Shown: in pieces, positions 12,326 to 27,480 of the stretch | Numbering within the stretch: the stretch's first letter is position 1 | How the letters are laid out: each line of letters starts with the position of its first letter | DNA from: Octopus bimaculoides | Taxonomy: Eukaryota | Length of the DNA stretch: 57,735 nt | NCBI RefSeq assembly: GCF_001194135.2 | Contig: NC_068983.1 | Coordinates: 116,297,881 to 116,355,615, forward strand | Reading direction: 5' to 3' | Made by a program: the position numbers and the translations under genes | Notes under the pieces: model-generated | Databases searched by the model: none | What the model was told of the DNA's origin: nothing | What the model saw: the letters and a program-made list of their open reading frames with translations, nothing else

Positions 12326-14447
12326 GTCATTCTAAACCTCAACTGGGTGTATGATGTCTGAAATGCTATCAGGTACTTGTAGCCTTCTGTCAGTAAGGCA
12401 ATATGACTGGTGGAACTGCCACATTAGGTTTCTCTAGAGGACTGTTAGAGCAATGATTTTCTTGGGGAAATTTGGCATCACTGTTAATCTACTGGTTGGT
12501 TTGTTCTTGGTGTCTCTTTCAGCCAGGAGACTATGGATAACACCCATTTATTCTTGGCCTTACAATGCTACTGAGATGGAAGCCTTTACAGTTCAAGATG
12601 AAGTTCAGATACAGCAGAGCTGATCTGAGATTCGTGTAGTGTAATGAAACCATCAACTTATTAGCAGTGTGTAAACACTGCTAATAAGTTTACTCTCACC
12701 ATATGTCTGTAGGCAGAGGAATACAATTAGGAGTCAGAACAATCCTAGACCTGTGAGCATTCCCTGCTTTGCCCAAGGTGGTCATCTTCCCCATTATGGA
12801 CTTTTTCTTTGTTGATATTGTTATTGCTACTTTTTCCCTTGTAACCTTCTTCCCACTGTTTTGCATTTCATTCTTGTACTGTTCCCTGTTCCTTGGCTTT
12901 TATCAGTTTTTTTTGTTATTTCCTATGTCTGTTGTTCTGCTTGTTTGTCAGTTTTAAGTTTTTCTTTTTACCTTATATTTCAAATTGCACTCAAATATAG
13001 ATGTTTTAGATTGTAAACTGGTTTCATGTATTGCTAAACATTTTTATTTTATATATATATATTTTTTATTGAATATGTATCATATGTAATATTTACTTCT
13101 TGATCACTTTATCTTTATCAACTGCATCACCACCACTTTATCATCATCAGCAGCAGACATCTATCATTAACAATCAGAATTAATTATTTTTTTCCTTAAC
13201 CTTATGCTGAGTGCTAAAAAAGTGTTTTTGCGAGTTGCATGATTATGTTTGTGTTTTATTTCTGTAGCCATGACACTTCTGTTTCCTTTAGCATCATTTT
13301 ATTCAAGTTACTACACAAATAAGTATCATATATTCATTAACATTCATAAATTCTATATTTTCATTTGATGTATTTGCACTTCAATCTTTCCTCATTCTTT
13401 CTTACATACCATTTTCCCATCAAATCTGAATAAATTCAATATATTTTTCCATTTGATATACTCGTGATCAGTCAATATCCTTCCCTTGTATTTCATTTCT
13501 ATCCTTGAAATATAATTGAAGGGATAATGACTCTATTTCTTCACCTAAAATGGTAAATTGTTTTATTTTTAGTTTTGTTTTCTAGAGGAAATTATATATT
13601 AATGGAAGTTTCTATAACTGAAGTGCTTCACGTATAATTTGTACTATCTAATTCAGTGCCTCATTTCTCTAAGTTCAAATACTGATAGACTTTTCTGTCA
13701 GAGAACTGTGCTGTCTATCTAAATAGTAACTGGCATTGTTGAGATATAAAAAAGATTCTTTTAAATATATATTTGATATCTACAGGGCATTGAAGATTGT
13801 CCAGATAGCAGGTTGCTGGATTTCATGCATTATACTGTAGCTCTAAGTTCACATTCCAGTATTGTCAATAAAATCAATTCTGGATTTTGTTTCTTTGACT
13901 TAGTTAGAGAGGAAGCAAGGTAGAACTTCTGTAGGAAACCTGCTGGAATATATTGTATGCATTAAAATATAAATTATTTTCCTTATAAATAAGTCTTTTA
14001 CTTCATGAAATAAAAATAAAATCATTACCATTTTATCATTAATTAAACCTGCATCCCTTGTATTTATATATTGTTGAACAGTTCAAATATGTCATTGTTT
14101 AATCAATCAAGAGTAGCACTTTAGGCTTTTTCTAGTTATAAATTCTTACCTACAGATATTTTTTCTCAGCATCATGTTTCTTTATCATCACATCCAATTT
14201 GACAAGATCTCTCTCTTTCTCTCTCCACCTCCATGCCTTTCTTTTAACTTAATGCAACTGGTTCTGTACTTACTTCACTCAATGTATAAAGTTCTTAATC
14301 ATTTAACTTTGTGTAAATTCTTTCTTCTGTTCCATATCTGTAGTTCACTACTTAGATCTCCATTTGCTTAAAAGCTAATTTTGCAAAGAGGTGCCTTATA
14401 ATATTCACTGTTGTCAGTGTACACACACACACACGCGNNNNNNNNNN

Positions 14448-14598
14448 TCACACCCTATCATCTCAGAAAAGGGCATGTTGGATAATGTCCAACATTCTCT
14501 GCGTATTGGAGAAAGATAGGATGCTGACAACTGGACTGCTTTTTATCATTGGTCAGCTTGAACACAGCTGGCTTAGTGCTGAATAACAACAACAAAAA
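14448..14598 (+). mobile_element. SINE 3' fragment (CORE-like family) with (CAA)n tail
   Basis: tcacaccctatcatctc...ttggataatgtcc...gctttttatcattggtc...aacaacaacaa. Similar segments occur at 15720-15870 and 40340-40500. Confidence 0.5.
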
Positions 14599-15101
14599 CA
14601 ATAGTCTTTCAGTGATCAAAACTTCCAGTTCACTCTTTGTTCCATTTCTTCCATTTGTCTGCCTGTCTGTCTCTCTCAAATATTGTTTTACTTAGGTGTT
14701 CATGTAAACGTCTGTGTGTAAATATATGTGTGTATATATGTATGTATATGTGTGTCTCCCCTCATGCTAACATAGAAGGTAGAGGTAAAACGATAGTACA
14801 ATGATAATGATGATGGATAAGATCAATGAACAGATTTGATAGAGTATGCAGTCTCTTCTATAACACCCAACAACTTCATGCTAACATTTTCGTGCTAATT
14901 CATAACTTATGGCAATATAATTGCCTTATATTCTTTCAGTACTTCTTTGTATATCACTTATGTCAGTATTTCTCTAGTACCACTTGTGTGGGCCTCTTTA
15001 ATTATTGCCTTAACCATTACCCATTTCATTACAGCCTATCGGCAACACCTTGTCATCACCGTACTATCTCCACTCTTACTGTTATCTCAGCATTGCTGAG
15101 A

Positions 15102-15138
<37 letters not shown>

Positions 15139-15148
15139 NNNNNNNNNN

Positions 15149-15185
<37 letters not shown>

Positions 15186-15277
15186 CACATACATACATGA
15201 TGATGATGATGATACATACAGTTGGTTGGATTCTGAGTTGAAACGTCTTTATTTGATCATGCTTTATTACTAGCATG

Positions 15278-15456
15278 TTAACACTTTAGCATTTAAACCA
15301 ACCAGATCCAGCCTCTCACACCTATCCTACAATATCATTTTGAGAATAATGAATTGTATCATTGAAATTTTGAAGCTGTATGATAATGCATGATTAATTC
15401 AAAACAATGTGAATAAGCATCACATTTGACAGAGTAATCTAAATGCTAAAAGTTCA
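15278..15456. mobile_element. TTAA-flanked MITE, inverted copy of 10397-10617
   Basis: ttaacactttagcatttaaacc ... gacagagtaatctaaatgctaaaagttca is the reverse complement of the 10397 element. Confidence 0.65.
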
Positions 15457-15719
15457 GCCATCTGTCTGAAAGACTGAGCTTTAAATTAACTGACAATTAC
15501 TGATTAGTATGGGAATTACAATAGCCAAATCCTCTTGCTGATTAGTCTGAAATTTACAGTTGCCAAATCCTTTGTTAGGAATGCATCACTCTCCACACCA
15601 TTATCGTTGTTTCCACATATTACAATCAAGACACTCCTATTATTATCACCACTATCATTGTCATTGCTGTCCACTGCTGACACCACCACCATTATTACTG
15701 CTATCATTACCATCACTGT

Positions 15720-15875
15720 GAGAACCTCTGTGCAGTTGTTCGATTTGCTTGAAATAGCAGCCGTATTTCTGTCAGATCACACCTTTGCCATTCTGAAAAA
15801 AAAGTATGTAGAGTAGTGAAGGCTGGTATACCTTTGATCATTGGTTTGTTCAGAGCTAACTTGGAGCTAAACCCT
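15720..15875 (+). mobile_element. SINE 3' fragment (CORE-like family)
   Basis: ttcgatttgcttgaaatagcagccgtatttctgtcagatcacacc ... ggctggtatacctttgatcattggt resembles 40340-40500 and 26290-26330. Confidence 0.5.
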
Positions 15876-15892
15876 CTATCAACTACACCATC

Positions 15893-16040
15893 ACCACATC
15901 ACCATCATCATGGACATCGTCATCATCATGGTCATCACCATCATCATGGTCATCGTCATCACCATCATCATGGTCATCACCATCATCATGGTCATCACCA
16001 TCATCATGGTCATCATCATCACCATCAACTCCACCACCAC
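15893..16040. repeat. Compound (CAT/CAC) microsatellite with 18-bp higher-order unit caccatcatcatggtcat
   Basis: Directly visible. It generates the (HHHHHG)n ORF at 15816-16091. Confidence 0.85.
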
Positions 16041-17059
16041 TGTAACATCACCAGCTCTCTTAACTCTACTGTTTCTCCTACAGTTCCATGAATATTATAT
16101 TACCTTCACTAATTTTATAAATTTTTCTTATTGTCCAGTTTGCTTTTTTGCATAAACTTTTTTTGTGACTGCCAGGAATGCACTTTGATGTTTCTTTTAT
16201 TGTTGAAAGCTTGCACGTTTGTTTGGTTTTGTCTTTTTTCTTTTTTTTTTCTCAATGTTAATTTTTATTATGCTGTTATTTTATTTCCATTTATTTTTGG
16301 CAATGAATCTGTTTATTCTGTAGGACTAAGAAGATTGGTTTAAAAAAAACTTTTCACTTGGATAACTATCACCACCAAAACTAATTCCTCTAAAATGATA
16401 TTTAGTTCTTTTAGTCAGCATGTATGGATTTTTCTGTCTCTTCGTGTACTGATAATGTTAGGTTCACTGTTTTTACAGCTACTATTGGAGACCAAGTGCA
16501 TTGTTAGAAGTAAAAGTGACAAGTTGAAACTTGATTTAATAATATGTATATATGTTGGAATAGAGACCATGGAGATCAAAACTTTGTGTGGAACAAAGTA
16601 ACATGAAAAAATGAAATTAATAGTTTGGAAATCTTACATTTATTCTTATTTATTTCACTGTAAGCTTACAATCAATAGTTCATTATTATAATGAATTATT
16701 GATCTATTGATTTTAAGTAAAAGGGTTCAAACCTTCCTTTAGCCATATATTTTACTCCTGGGCAAAAATGCATTTCTCTGCTTGCTCTATTTTGTTTGAG
16801 TTATCTGATTAAATTTGAATACTTAGTAGTAAGTAACAAGGATATACAGTGGTTTAAAAAAGTAGAAGTAAAGAAAAACGGGAGGGAAATGACAGCATTC
16901 TATCTTTGCTAGTAAAACAGTAAAGAATTATAAATTGTTTACTCTTATATACACTGTTTACACTTATTACACTTATGTTGTCTGACTATAGTTATGTTGT
17001 TCAACTACCCACAAATGTGATAGGGTCTCACATATGTAAATTAGTTAGTTGAATAACTT

Positions 17060-18440
17060 TGAGCAACTGTCATTATTGAAACAACTGAAAGGAAAAAAGA
17101 CAAAACCTCTCTAAGCAACAAGCAAGGGAGATATAGCCCAACAAATATCAACTGATTAAAATTTTTCAACAGGACAGACGGTGCAGATTGGAATAGATCC
17201 CATCTTGAAAGCTAAACTGTAATTGTAATGGAAGGAGGCGCAATGGTCCAGTGGTTAGGACAGCGGACTCGCGGTCATAGGATCGTGGTTTCGATTCCCA
17301 AACCAGGCGTTGTGAGTGTTTATTGAGCGAAAACACCTAAAGCTCCACGAGGCTCTGGCAGGGGATGGTGGCGAACCCTGCTGTACTCTTCCACCACAAC
17401 TTTCTCTCACTCTTACTTCCTGTTTCTGTTGTGCCTGTAATTCAAAGGGTCAGCCTTGTCACACTGTGTCACGCTGAATATTCCCGAGAACTACGTTAAG
17501 GGTACACGTGTCTGTGGAGTGCTCAGCCACTTGCACGTTAATTTCACGAGCAGGCTTTTCCGTTGATCGGATCAACTGGAACCCTCGTTGTCGTAAGCGA
17601 CAGAGTGCCAACAACAATTGTAATGGAAATATTTTGTTCTTGTTAGTAGTAGGAAGTCCTGTTTTGATCTCTTTTTAAGATCTTTTGTTCACATCAGCCA
17701 GTTTGAGAGACTGATCTTACTGCTGTTTTTGTTGATTTTAGAGGTGATACACTTTTAGAAGATGAATTTCTTTTCTCTAATAGTTTAATTTGATAATCTC
17801 AGTTGATTGATTTCCAACTTACTATATTACAGATGTGAAACCTTATATTTGCATTTAGTGTGCAGAACACTTCCTTGGAGTATATTCTCTCTGGTATAGT
17901 CTTTGACAGTCTTGATTTTTGATTTAATCTGCTGTTGGGTTGCTTTTTTAATAAATTAGAAGGGGAACAGTGTTTGTGACCTTTGTGGATTTTCTAAGAC
18001 TGGTGTGTTTGATGCAATTGATGTTTAGCTTGAACATTTGAAAGTTAGTGTGTGCAGGCAAAGTTTAGACGTGGAGGGAATTGCAGTTGTGAGAAAAAGG
18101 ACTGGAAACTATTTAGTTTGAGGTCTGCAAAGTGAGGCACCATGAGAATCATGGGAGAAAGACAAATGTGTGGATTTTGTGGGCCTGAATGGTAAAGGTG
18201 TGGAGCTTGTCAGATCAGAAGAGCAGATAGTTCTTATTGTAGAGGAGGTAGAGAGAAGAAACGAGACATAAGCAAGCTAGTACTTACAGTGTGTTGGTGA
18301 ATAAATCATTATAAATCAATATAGTGGCCTTCATTTGTATGTGGATCTTGTTGCTTGTGTATGCAGTAGCAACACTGCCATACATGTGAGCAGTGCTCTA
18401 GTGCAGGTCTTGGTGAGCAACTGAGTGTGTTGGTCACTTG
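17060..18440 (-). mobile_element. Highly decayed Penelope-like retroelement fragment (RT thumb to GIY-YIG region), interrupted by a SINE
   Basis: Minus-strand peptides with many stops and frameshifts: HTNEGHYID...HCK, LAYVSFL...IRTICSSD, PVLFLT, HTNFQMFK, PLLIY.K. These resemble the PLE motifs KPTHT..YL...S.HP.HCK, LRRICS and PLVAY. Pattern match only. Confidence 0.45.
17234..17615 (+). mobile_element. Young full-length tRNA-derived SINE with 13-bp target-site duplication
   Basis: TSD aattgtaatggaa at 17221-17233 and 17616-17628. tRNA-like head ggcgcaatggtccagtggttagg...ggtttcgattcc, many intact CpGs and a short (CAA) tail. Confidence 0.9.
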
Positions 18441-20337
18441 TAAAGTTAAGGTTTTTTTTTTTTGTTGCTGCTTATTTTTTATTTCACACTATTTTGTATA
18501 GTCTTGCAACTTATTAAATTTTAAGTAAAGGATCTTGATATATTGTCTATGCAGTTGTTAAACATCAGTGTGAAAAATTCTGCAGGAAAGAGATGTGATA
18601 GCTGTGACTATGTTAGAATATTATCCAAAGTATTGAAATAATAAAAGAAATTACACATGTAGTAATTTCATTCATCTAATTTCTACACCACATTCAATCT
18701 TCAGTTTTTGTTATTGTCTGAAGGGAAATTCAAATTTAATGGGATTTTCTTGTAAAGACATCATTTCAGGAGAGAGGTAAATCATTAGAAGCACGAGACA
18801 GATAATCCTAATGTTTTGTTTTCATTTTGTTATAACATGCAATTCAATAATCATAAAATCTTCAAATCTCAAAAGTGTTTGCCTCACTGCATTTCTTTTA
18901 TGCAAACTCCTTATTAGATTTGCATGAGTTATTGTTGAATAAATGTTCTGCATGTAATTAAAATGTGTTATGCTATTATTATTTTAACATTTAAATTTTC
19001 TTGCATCTGTTATGTCAATAGCATTTGCTAATTTTGTCAGGAATGCATAATTTTCCTGTGATTGATTTCAGTTAACATTGATTTAATAAATTCTGAGTTT
19101 AGAATTCTAACTTTTCCTCTCTTTAGTAAAATATTGCATCCTTTTTTCCCCTGCATAATTCTCTTTCTTCCTTGTCTGCTAAATATTAAAATCCCAAATA
19201 TTAAAATCACAAAAGAAAAAAAGAAAAAAAATCCACCCATTATTTACTGATTTACACATTTTGCCACAGCTTTGTAATTTATTAAAAAAATCCCACTAAT
19301 TAGATTTGGTTTATTTGATGTTTAGTTGTTTTTAATGATGTTTAATCAGTTGAGGAGTGTGAATGGATTTCTTGAGTAATCTGTTGAGTGTTAACATTAG
19401 TCTCTCTTGAAATGAAATGTAACTGAAATAATCAGATCTGTTACATTCAATTTAACAAATAATTGTATCAAATTTAAATTGTTTAAGAATTGTTATTTCC
19501 TCAATTCTATACATGCATGAACATTTTTATGGTATGTTTTTGTTGTTGATACTTCTAATTATAACTGTGTGTATCTACTAATAATTATATTATTTGGCAA
19601 CACTATCTAATGAATACACATAAAATTTACATTTGTACCAGTTTGCTATGACAACATTCTGATATGAAAGAAAATCAATATTAATGGTCATGAATATTTA
19701 AAAATTATGTTTTTATAAAACAATTGAATAATACATTTGAAATTTTTAAACTTGTATTTTAAATATTAGTGTAATACATTTTTATGAATACATATGTTAA
19801 AGTTCCTTCTTTTGTTTTTATTTTCTGAACTGGTAAAAAGACTAATTGCCAAATGGTTGCCATCACAAAGGTCCTTTTGCTCTGAAGTACTTTAAGTGCA
19901 TGCTTTGGCACAGGTGCTGATATCGAGTTTGTAAAATCTACTCAATATAGAAAACATGTGAATATAAATCTGTATTTGTGTGCAACTGCTTTTATGCATA
20001 CTTGAACTCTTTGAGTTAAATAACCCATCACTGCATTTTAGGTTGGGAAGGGGATCTATGAATCCAATTCCACAGTTGTCATGTTAAGATACTGGATTAT
20101 TGTTCCAATAATCATACATTTTATCTTGTTACAAGCATTGTATTGTGTATGTAAAGGCATTTATCTCACAACAATGCATAACTAGAAAAAACAAAAATAT
20201 AATACAAATAGGTAAAAAAAAAGCACCAAAATAAAACAAACATAAACTCTTCTTTCTTTTGACTTAGTAAAATAATGGCTAGAATTTCTGGTATCTCCTT
20301 TTGTTCATGTCTTTTTGTTCTTTTTTCCTTGCTTTAG

Positions 20338-20430
20338 ATGACCCTGTGAAATCAGAAGATGACCAGATAATCTTGCGAGTAATTGAAGCGTACTGCACAA
20401 GTGCAAAGACCCGACAAACAGTGAATTCCT
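20338..20430 (+). CDS. ARHGEF7: Internal coding exon (93 nt, phase 1-1) of PIX RhoGEF, GIT1-binding domain: DPVKSEDDQIILRVIEAYCTSAKTRQTVNS
   Basis: Long pyrimidine tract ending gctttag and donor gtgagt at 20431. The translation closely matches the ARHGEF6/7 motif EDAQILKVIEAYCTSAKTRQTLNS. The symbol denotes the single invertebrate ARHGEF6/7 (PIX) orthologue. Confidence 0.92.
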
Positions 20431-20889
20431 GTGAGTATTTTTTCTTCTTCTTTTTATTGAAAATGCAGCTTCACTGACAGCTTTTGTTTTATAATTTATC
20501 TTCAATCTTTTCAGATCCACTTTTAATTGTTGTCATTATGTTGTGCCTCAGTCTGCCATGTTGCTTTTCTCTCTCTTCCTTCATGTACCAAAATCACTGT
20601 TGCTTCTATTTACACATCTTCATTTGTATCTATTTGTTAAAGATTTCTTTCCAGTTTTTTTTCCAGTGAAAACTACCATCTTTGTAGTTTTTTCTTATGG
20701 ATTTTACTTTTACTTTTTTTTTTTTTGTAGTTGGTATGTACTTATTAGTACATATTTTTCATTAAAACTCTGACTATAGCACAGATTGGGTGTGTGTGTA
20801 TACACAAGATGGATGTCCCCAAATTATGACCCATTATAAAAATAAACTTTTTTTTCCTACTATCTTGTATTTTGATGGGTTCAGTACTT

Positions 20890-22090
<1,201 letters not shown>

Positions 22091-23651
22091 ATATATACAT
22101 CTTGATGTTTATATGTTCATGTTTATTAGTGTGTTTCTAGATATGCATATTTTTATGTAGGTGTTTACATATATATGTTTGTAGACATACCTGAGTATCA
22201 TGTGTATGCATAGGAATCTATATTTTGGTATATATGTATTTCCTATCATGTCTTTGCATATATATGTGTGTGTATATATATATATATATATTGAAAGATA
22301 GGTAGATATATGCATACACATGTTTATAATCACACAAATACGTTTTTTTATGTGTTTATAAATGTTCATGTATATGCATTCCCTTGCTGTTTGTGTATAT
22401 ACGTATATAAACTTATTTGTGTGTTTATATTTTCTTTGTCACACGCTATCTGACTTATATGCACATACATGAGCACAGTTATATGAGCACGCAGACACAC
22501 ACGTCATATGCATATATCTGCTATCACTGAATCTGGGAAACAACAAAAAAGAAAATTGAAATTATCCAAATGAATTAGGCAGTGGAAGGCATATGATTGA
22601 TGATTCATGAAGTTAGAAATTATCGCAATTAATTATTGAAAAGCTTACATGAACACAACAAACAATTAGATATAAAATTTTGTTTTGTTTTACATAGTTT
22701 GATCTGATATTATTGATTCATCTAGACAACCATAATTTAGGTAATAAATCTGTTTTAGCTCCCAAACCAATTTGAATGGACATTATTCATTGTTGTTTAT
22801 CTTTTTTTGTAGAGAAATGTTATTGAGTAGATTGAACTTATATTTTAACATATGAGAATTATTTGAAAAAGTGCATTGTTATTTTTGTATATTTCTAAAA
22901 TTGGTTTCCTGCCGAGCTTTTGATAAATTTTTGGTATCTTGATTGTAGCATCTCATAAGCTGGCCAAAAAAAAAATTTTACCGTGTAACTTGAATCTTAT
23001 TTGTGCGTGTGATAGCGTGTATACTTGTGTATATGTTTCTATACTTTTAGAATTTCTGAACCTGTGGTAACACTGGAAAACATACACATGCGCACATACT
23101 TACATACAACAATACAGAAACTTGCTTTATGCTTGACACTATTGAAAGTGGAAATGTAATATTGTGTCCTTCTAATATTGACATTTTCTATCCTGTGTTT
23201 GAATTATTGTTTCCTTTCTATAGGATATAATTTTCTGTTCTTTAGAGCTTCTTTGCTGCAATTTTCAATAGAAATACTTAATAAAATATAGCACGAAGGA
23301 AATTTTTGTATTTTTCATCATTAATTTTCTGCTTTGTTTTCCTAAAGTATTTGTAACTCCATTTTCTCGTTATTAGAATATTTCATTTGGATATCATATT
23401 CTTTTTAATTGCTGAAGTTATTAAAAGTTTCTAATGAATGAAATTTTTTAGTAAGTGAAATTTTTAAGAACTGAGTCTCTAATCAAAGAAAGTTTGTAAT
23501 ACTTTTGTATGTACTATAAGCTGAATGATCTATGTCAGTTAAACAACGTTCTTTAAATATACATATGTTCATGTATATACATATATACACACGGTGCATC
23601 AACATGGCCGCAGCTCTAAGCTGAAACTATAAACAACAACAACATGTATAT

Positions 23652-23711
<60 letters not shown>

Positions 23712-24602
23712 GTACATATGTTTTTTGAGTTTAGGATATGTGTTTCTATCCTTCCTTTCCCACCCATCTGTAGATGGGATATAGAGTTATTTAGAACTCT
23801 CTTTAAATTTCTCAAATGTTTTGGTATGTTTATGCAAGTATCTTGAGGCCTGTTCAAGCCTGCAAGCAATTTGTCTTGTTGTAAAGATTTGGTAGATTTC
23901 TTCTGTACATAACTCAAATCTCTTTCCTCCTGCATGATATAGTTTAGCAGTACTAATTATCTCCCACTTGTGGTATACTCATGGTTCCTATCTGTGCAGC
24001 AGAAACACGTGTAGGTTGTAATACCCTTAAAAACAGGCTATATGGAATTGTAAAATAAAATGAAATAAATTTTGAGGATGAATAAATCTCTGTATTCTGT
24101 ATTGTTATAATAATTGATAATATACACTCGAGATAATATTACCATTCAGGGAAATGAACTCAGAGCATGTAATTACCCATTGGAAGAATTTACAGCATGA
24201 GTGACAACTTGTAGTAATCGTACACATTAAATACTAATTGATGCAGTTAGCTGTAATCTGGAACATAACTGAGAGCCACCATGGTATCTACCCAGATAAT
24301 ATATCCCTTTAAACTCTCTTTGTTTCTCTCTGTCTCATCAAAATTACTTATTTATACCTTCTGTTCAGTGAGGATAAACTGTGCTGGAGTTTTTCACTTT
24401 GGTGCAACATACATATTCAGATGCAAATATAATAGATTTATCATTTAAAGAACTTGCTGTAAATAACATACATTTGTTGAGTATTTTGTCAAATCTGCAT
24501 ATAGATTTGTTGGTTAATGATATTATGAGTTTCAGTTGTTACAAATATAGATATGAAGTGATTGGTGGTGGTGATGTTGGGGGCAACACATGAACGTTTT
24601 GT

Positions 24603-24664
24603 TATGGTGGAAGGTATTTCTGTCACATCTGTTTGTATGGTGGAAGGTATTTCTGTCACATCTG
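24603..24664. repeat. Perfect 29-bp direct duplication (period 33)
   Basis: tatggtggaaggtatttctgtcacatctg at 24603-24631 and 24636-24664. Confidence 0.95.
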
Positions 24665-26978
24665 CACCTGTTTGTAAGCTGCTCACACTGCAAATAAAAA
24701 ACTCTTACTTAAGATTCAGTGTCTGACCATCTTCCAGGTAATATTTCAGCCAAGTGACATGATAAAAAATTGGATGGATCAAAGTCAAACGAGAGAGAGA
24801 GAGAGAGAGAGAGAGTGTGTGTGTGTGTGTGTGTGTGTGGAAGAAGTAGGTTTATTGTTCTAGTTATCATCTCCAAAGCCTCAATTTCCATTAATTTGTC
24901 AATTAAATCATCAAATAAATCAAAGAAAATTTGAATTAAAAAAGAAAAAAATCCTCCAGGAAAAATAAAAAGACTCACAAAAATTCAGCAACATATGTGT
25001 TGATATTGATAATAAACATTACAGAATATAGATGAGAGAGGAAGTGTTTGAACTTTTGTCCCTTAGATTAGAAAGTTCATAACTTCTTTTAAAACAAATG
25101 TAAGCAAGTTTGTCTGATTTTATGTCATATAGGAATGATAGACATACACTGCTGTGCAAATTCATGCTGTAGAGGATGTTATAAATTGAGCAAAGTTACC
25201 ACCATTTGAAGCAGGTAGATATGCCCATGTTATAGTTGGACAAATAAGTGAAAAGGGTTTTTTGAGAGCTGAATGTTTTTGCTACTTAGTAAATACAAAA
25301 CTCTGCACAAGAAGAATTAGGGAAGAATTATAGAATCAGTTGTTGTTGGGAATTTGTATTTTTGTTATTGATTATAGATGACTTAATAATTATTTTTCGT
25401 TTTTGGATTTGGTTTGCAAGATTTTTTATGTGATTTCGTGTGTTGAAGCATATTCTGTTGTGTCTGGGGAGAGTCATTTTCTTATTGTGCCTTAAAATAA
25501 TTATTGCTATTTTACATTTTAAAATTATTTTTTAATATTTTATATTTTTTGGAAATTATTGACATGTGCTATTAAAATATGTACATAAATACACATATAC
25601 ACACATACTATGTATAATGTATTTATTATTCAACCACTGCGGGCAGTGAATAATATTTTGTAAGTCAACATTTACTTTTTTGTACCCAGTTCTATACTAA
25701 CCCAATTTGTGACCAAATTGAGGGCCAGAGCTCCCCTATATTTTCAAATATTTCACTACATGATTGATTGGGTTAAAAAATTTTACAGCAAAATATGTGT
25801 ACGAAGATGGGAGAGTAAAGAATGGATGCAACTTCTGAATGATATACTTTTCATTTCTTCAATTTTTCTTTGAGCTACACTTGAATAAAAGATCCTAATG
25901 AGAAAAATATAGCTTTGTATTTTTGAAACTTTTTTTTGGTATCCATGAGGAAAAATATGGAGATAACAATTCTGAAAAGTAGCTTATTCAAAATTTGAAT
26001 TATGTTAACACTCTTCATGCCACTTTTGGTTTTCAAAATGTCCACTTCACCTCATACCAACATTTCAGATATTTTAAAACTTGACCACTCATTTACATGT
26101 CTGTGGATGCTTGTTGAATCAGGAGATGAAATGAAATAGGCCTCAATATGGTTGCTAGACATACTTGAAAGTAGAGCCAAATCTCTGGAAAACAATTTTT
26201 TCAATTACCTCAGTCTTCTAAATGAAGCTGTCCTATGGCTATCTGAATAACATAATCTGCTGTGCATGCATAAATGCACAGCAGGTTTGATGTGGTCACT
26301 TGACCTGTTTGAAATAGCAGCCATAGTCTAAAAATAAACAAATTAGAATACCCTTTTGGTAGGACCATATGCACCAATAAGAATTGTATTGTGTGTAACA
26401 TGAACTGCAAAATCAACTGCCAAACAAAAAACATATTGTACCAGTTAAATGTATGGATAGGAAATGTAAGAACTGTACCATAGCATATATAGGAGAAACT
26501 GCCATGAGCTTGTTGAAGCAATGGAGGAGTACTGGGAAGAATATAGAGATATAAAATCTATGTTTGTATGCTATTAGCATGCCAAAGATAAGCATGAGGA
26601 CATACTGAATAACATAGATATAAAAATCATATTGTACACCTACATAATGCAGTATTATGACAGGTGTGTAAAAAGAAAAATACAGGTAAAATGCCATGAG
26701 TGCACCACCTCTGCCGTCTGGCAAAAAAAAAAAATACTGAACCATATAGAAACCTGTGTATATATGCATATCACTCTTGCACTTGGCTTTTTTTCTACTA
26801 ATATACTGTGTGTCTGTATACAAATCTTTATGAGCAAGTCAATACAAATTTTACCTAGTATATCTGTTCAGTGTTCTTAAATTTAAACTCATCTAGCACT
26901 TTACAAAGTAACTAAAGTTTTTCTGAAGTATTATAATTTCTCTCTTTCTGAGTATTACTCTTTCCACTCATCTCTCTT

Positions 26979-27011
<33 letters not shown>

Positions 27012-27480
27012 TTCTCTCTCAATGTGTATGTAAGTTTTGTTGTTTTACATAAATTTAATCTAGCTTGCATTGGAGGATTGATTTTTACATGAGAGCATAT
27101 CTATCTATGTCTATGAATACATATTCATCTGTATTTCTTTGAATTTATTATCAATATCATTATTTTATGTCCTCCTATCCATGCTAGCATGGTTACAATT
27201 GATCTGTTGCAGTTATCTGACATAAACTATAAATTGAAAATTGCCAATTTATGTTGTGTCTAACATCTTTTATAGGCATGGTTTTAATAGCTAGTTGATT
27301 TAGTTATTGTCAGCCTTTTACAGTATAAACAAATACTTTTTGTCATGTCATTGGCACTAGAGGAGTTATCTGGCTGCATTTAAAAAAGCTTCCATAGCAG
27401 TTATAATTCAGAGTTACTGATCTCCTAATTGAGTTGCCTTTGCTGAAGCTTACAGTCCACATTTGTTTTGTTTCTTCTTT

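Noticed and set aside
15816-16091. His/Gly-rich ORF (HHHHHG)n, reminiscent of metal-binding or beak proteins
   Set aside because: It starts inside a SINE tail and is a (CAT)n-derived microsatellite. There is no signal peptide and no convincing splice context.
17234-17310. tRNA gene (also the heads at 6, 1815, 51172 and 55362)
   Set aside because: There is no complete acceptor stem or cloverleaf. Each continues into a SINE body, and the 17234 copy is flanked by a TSD.
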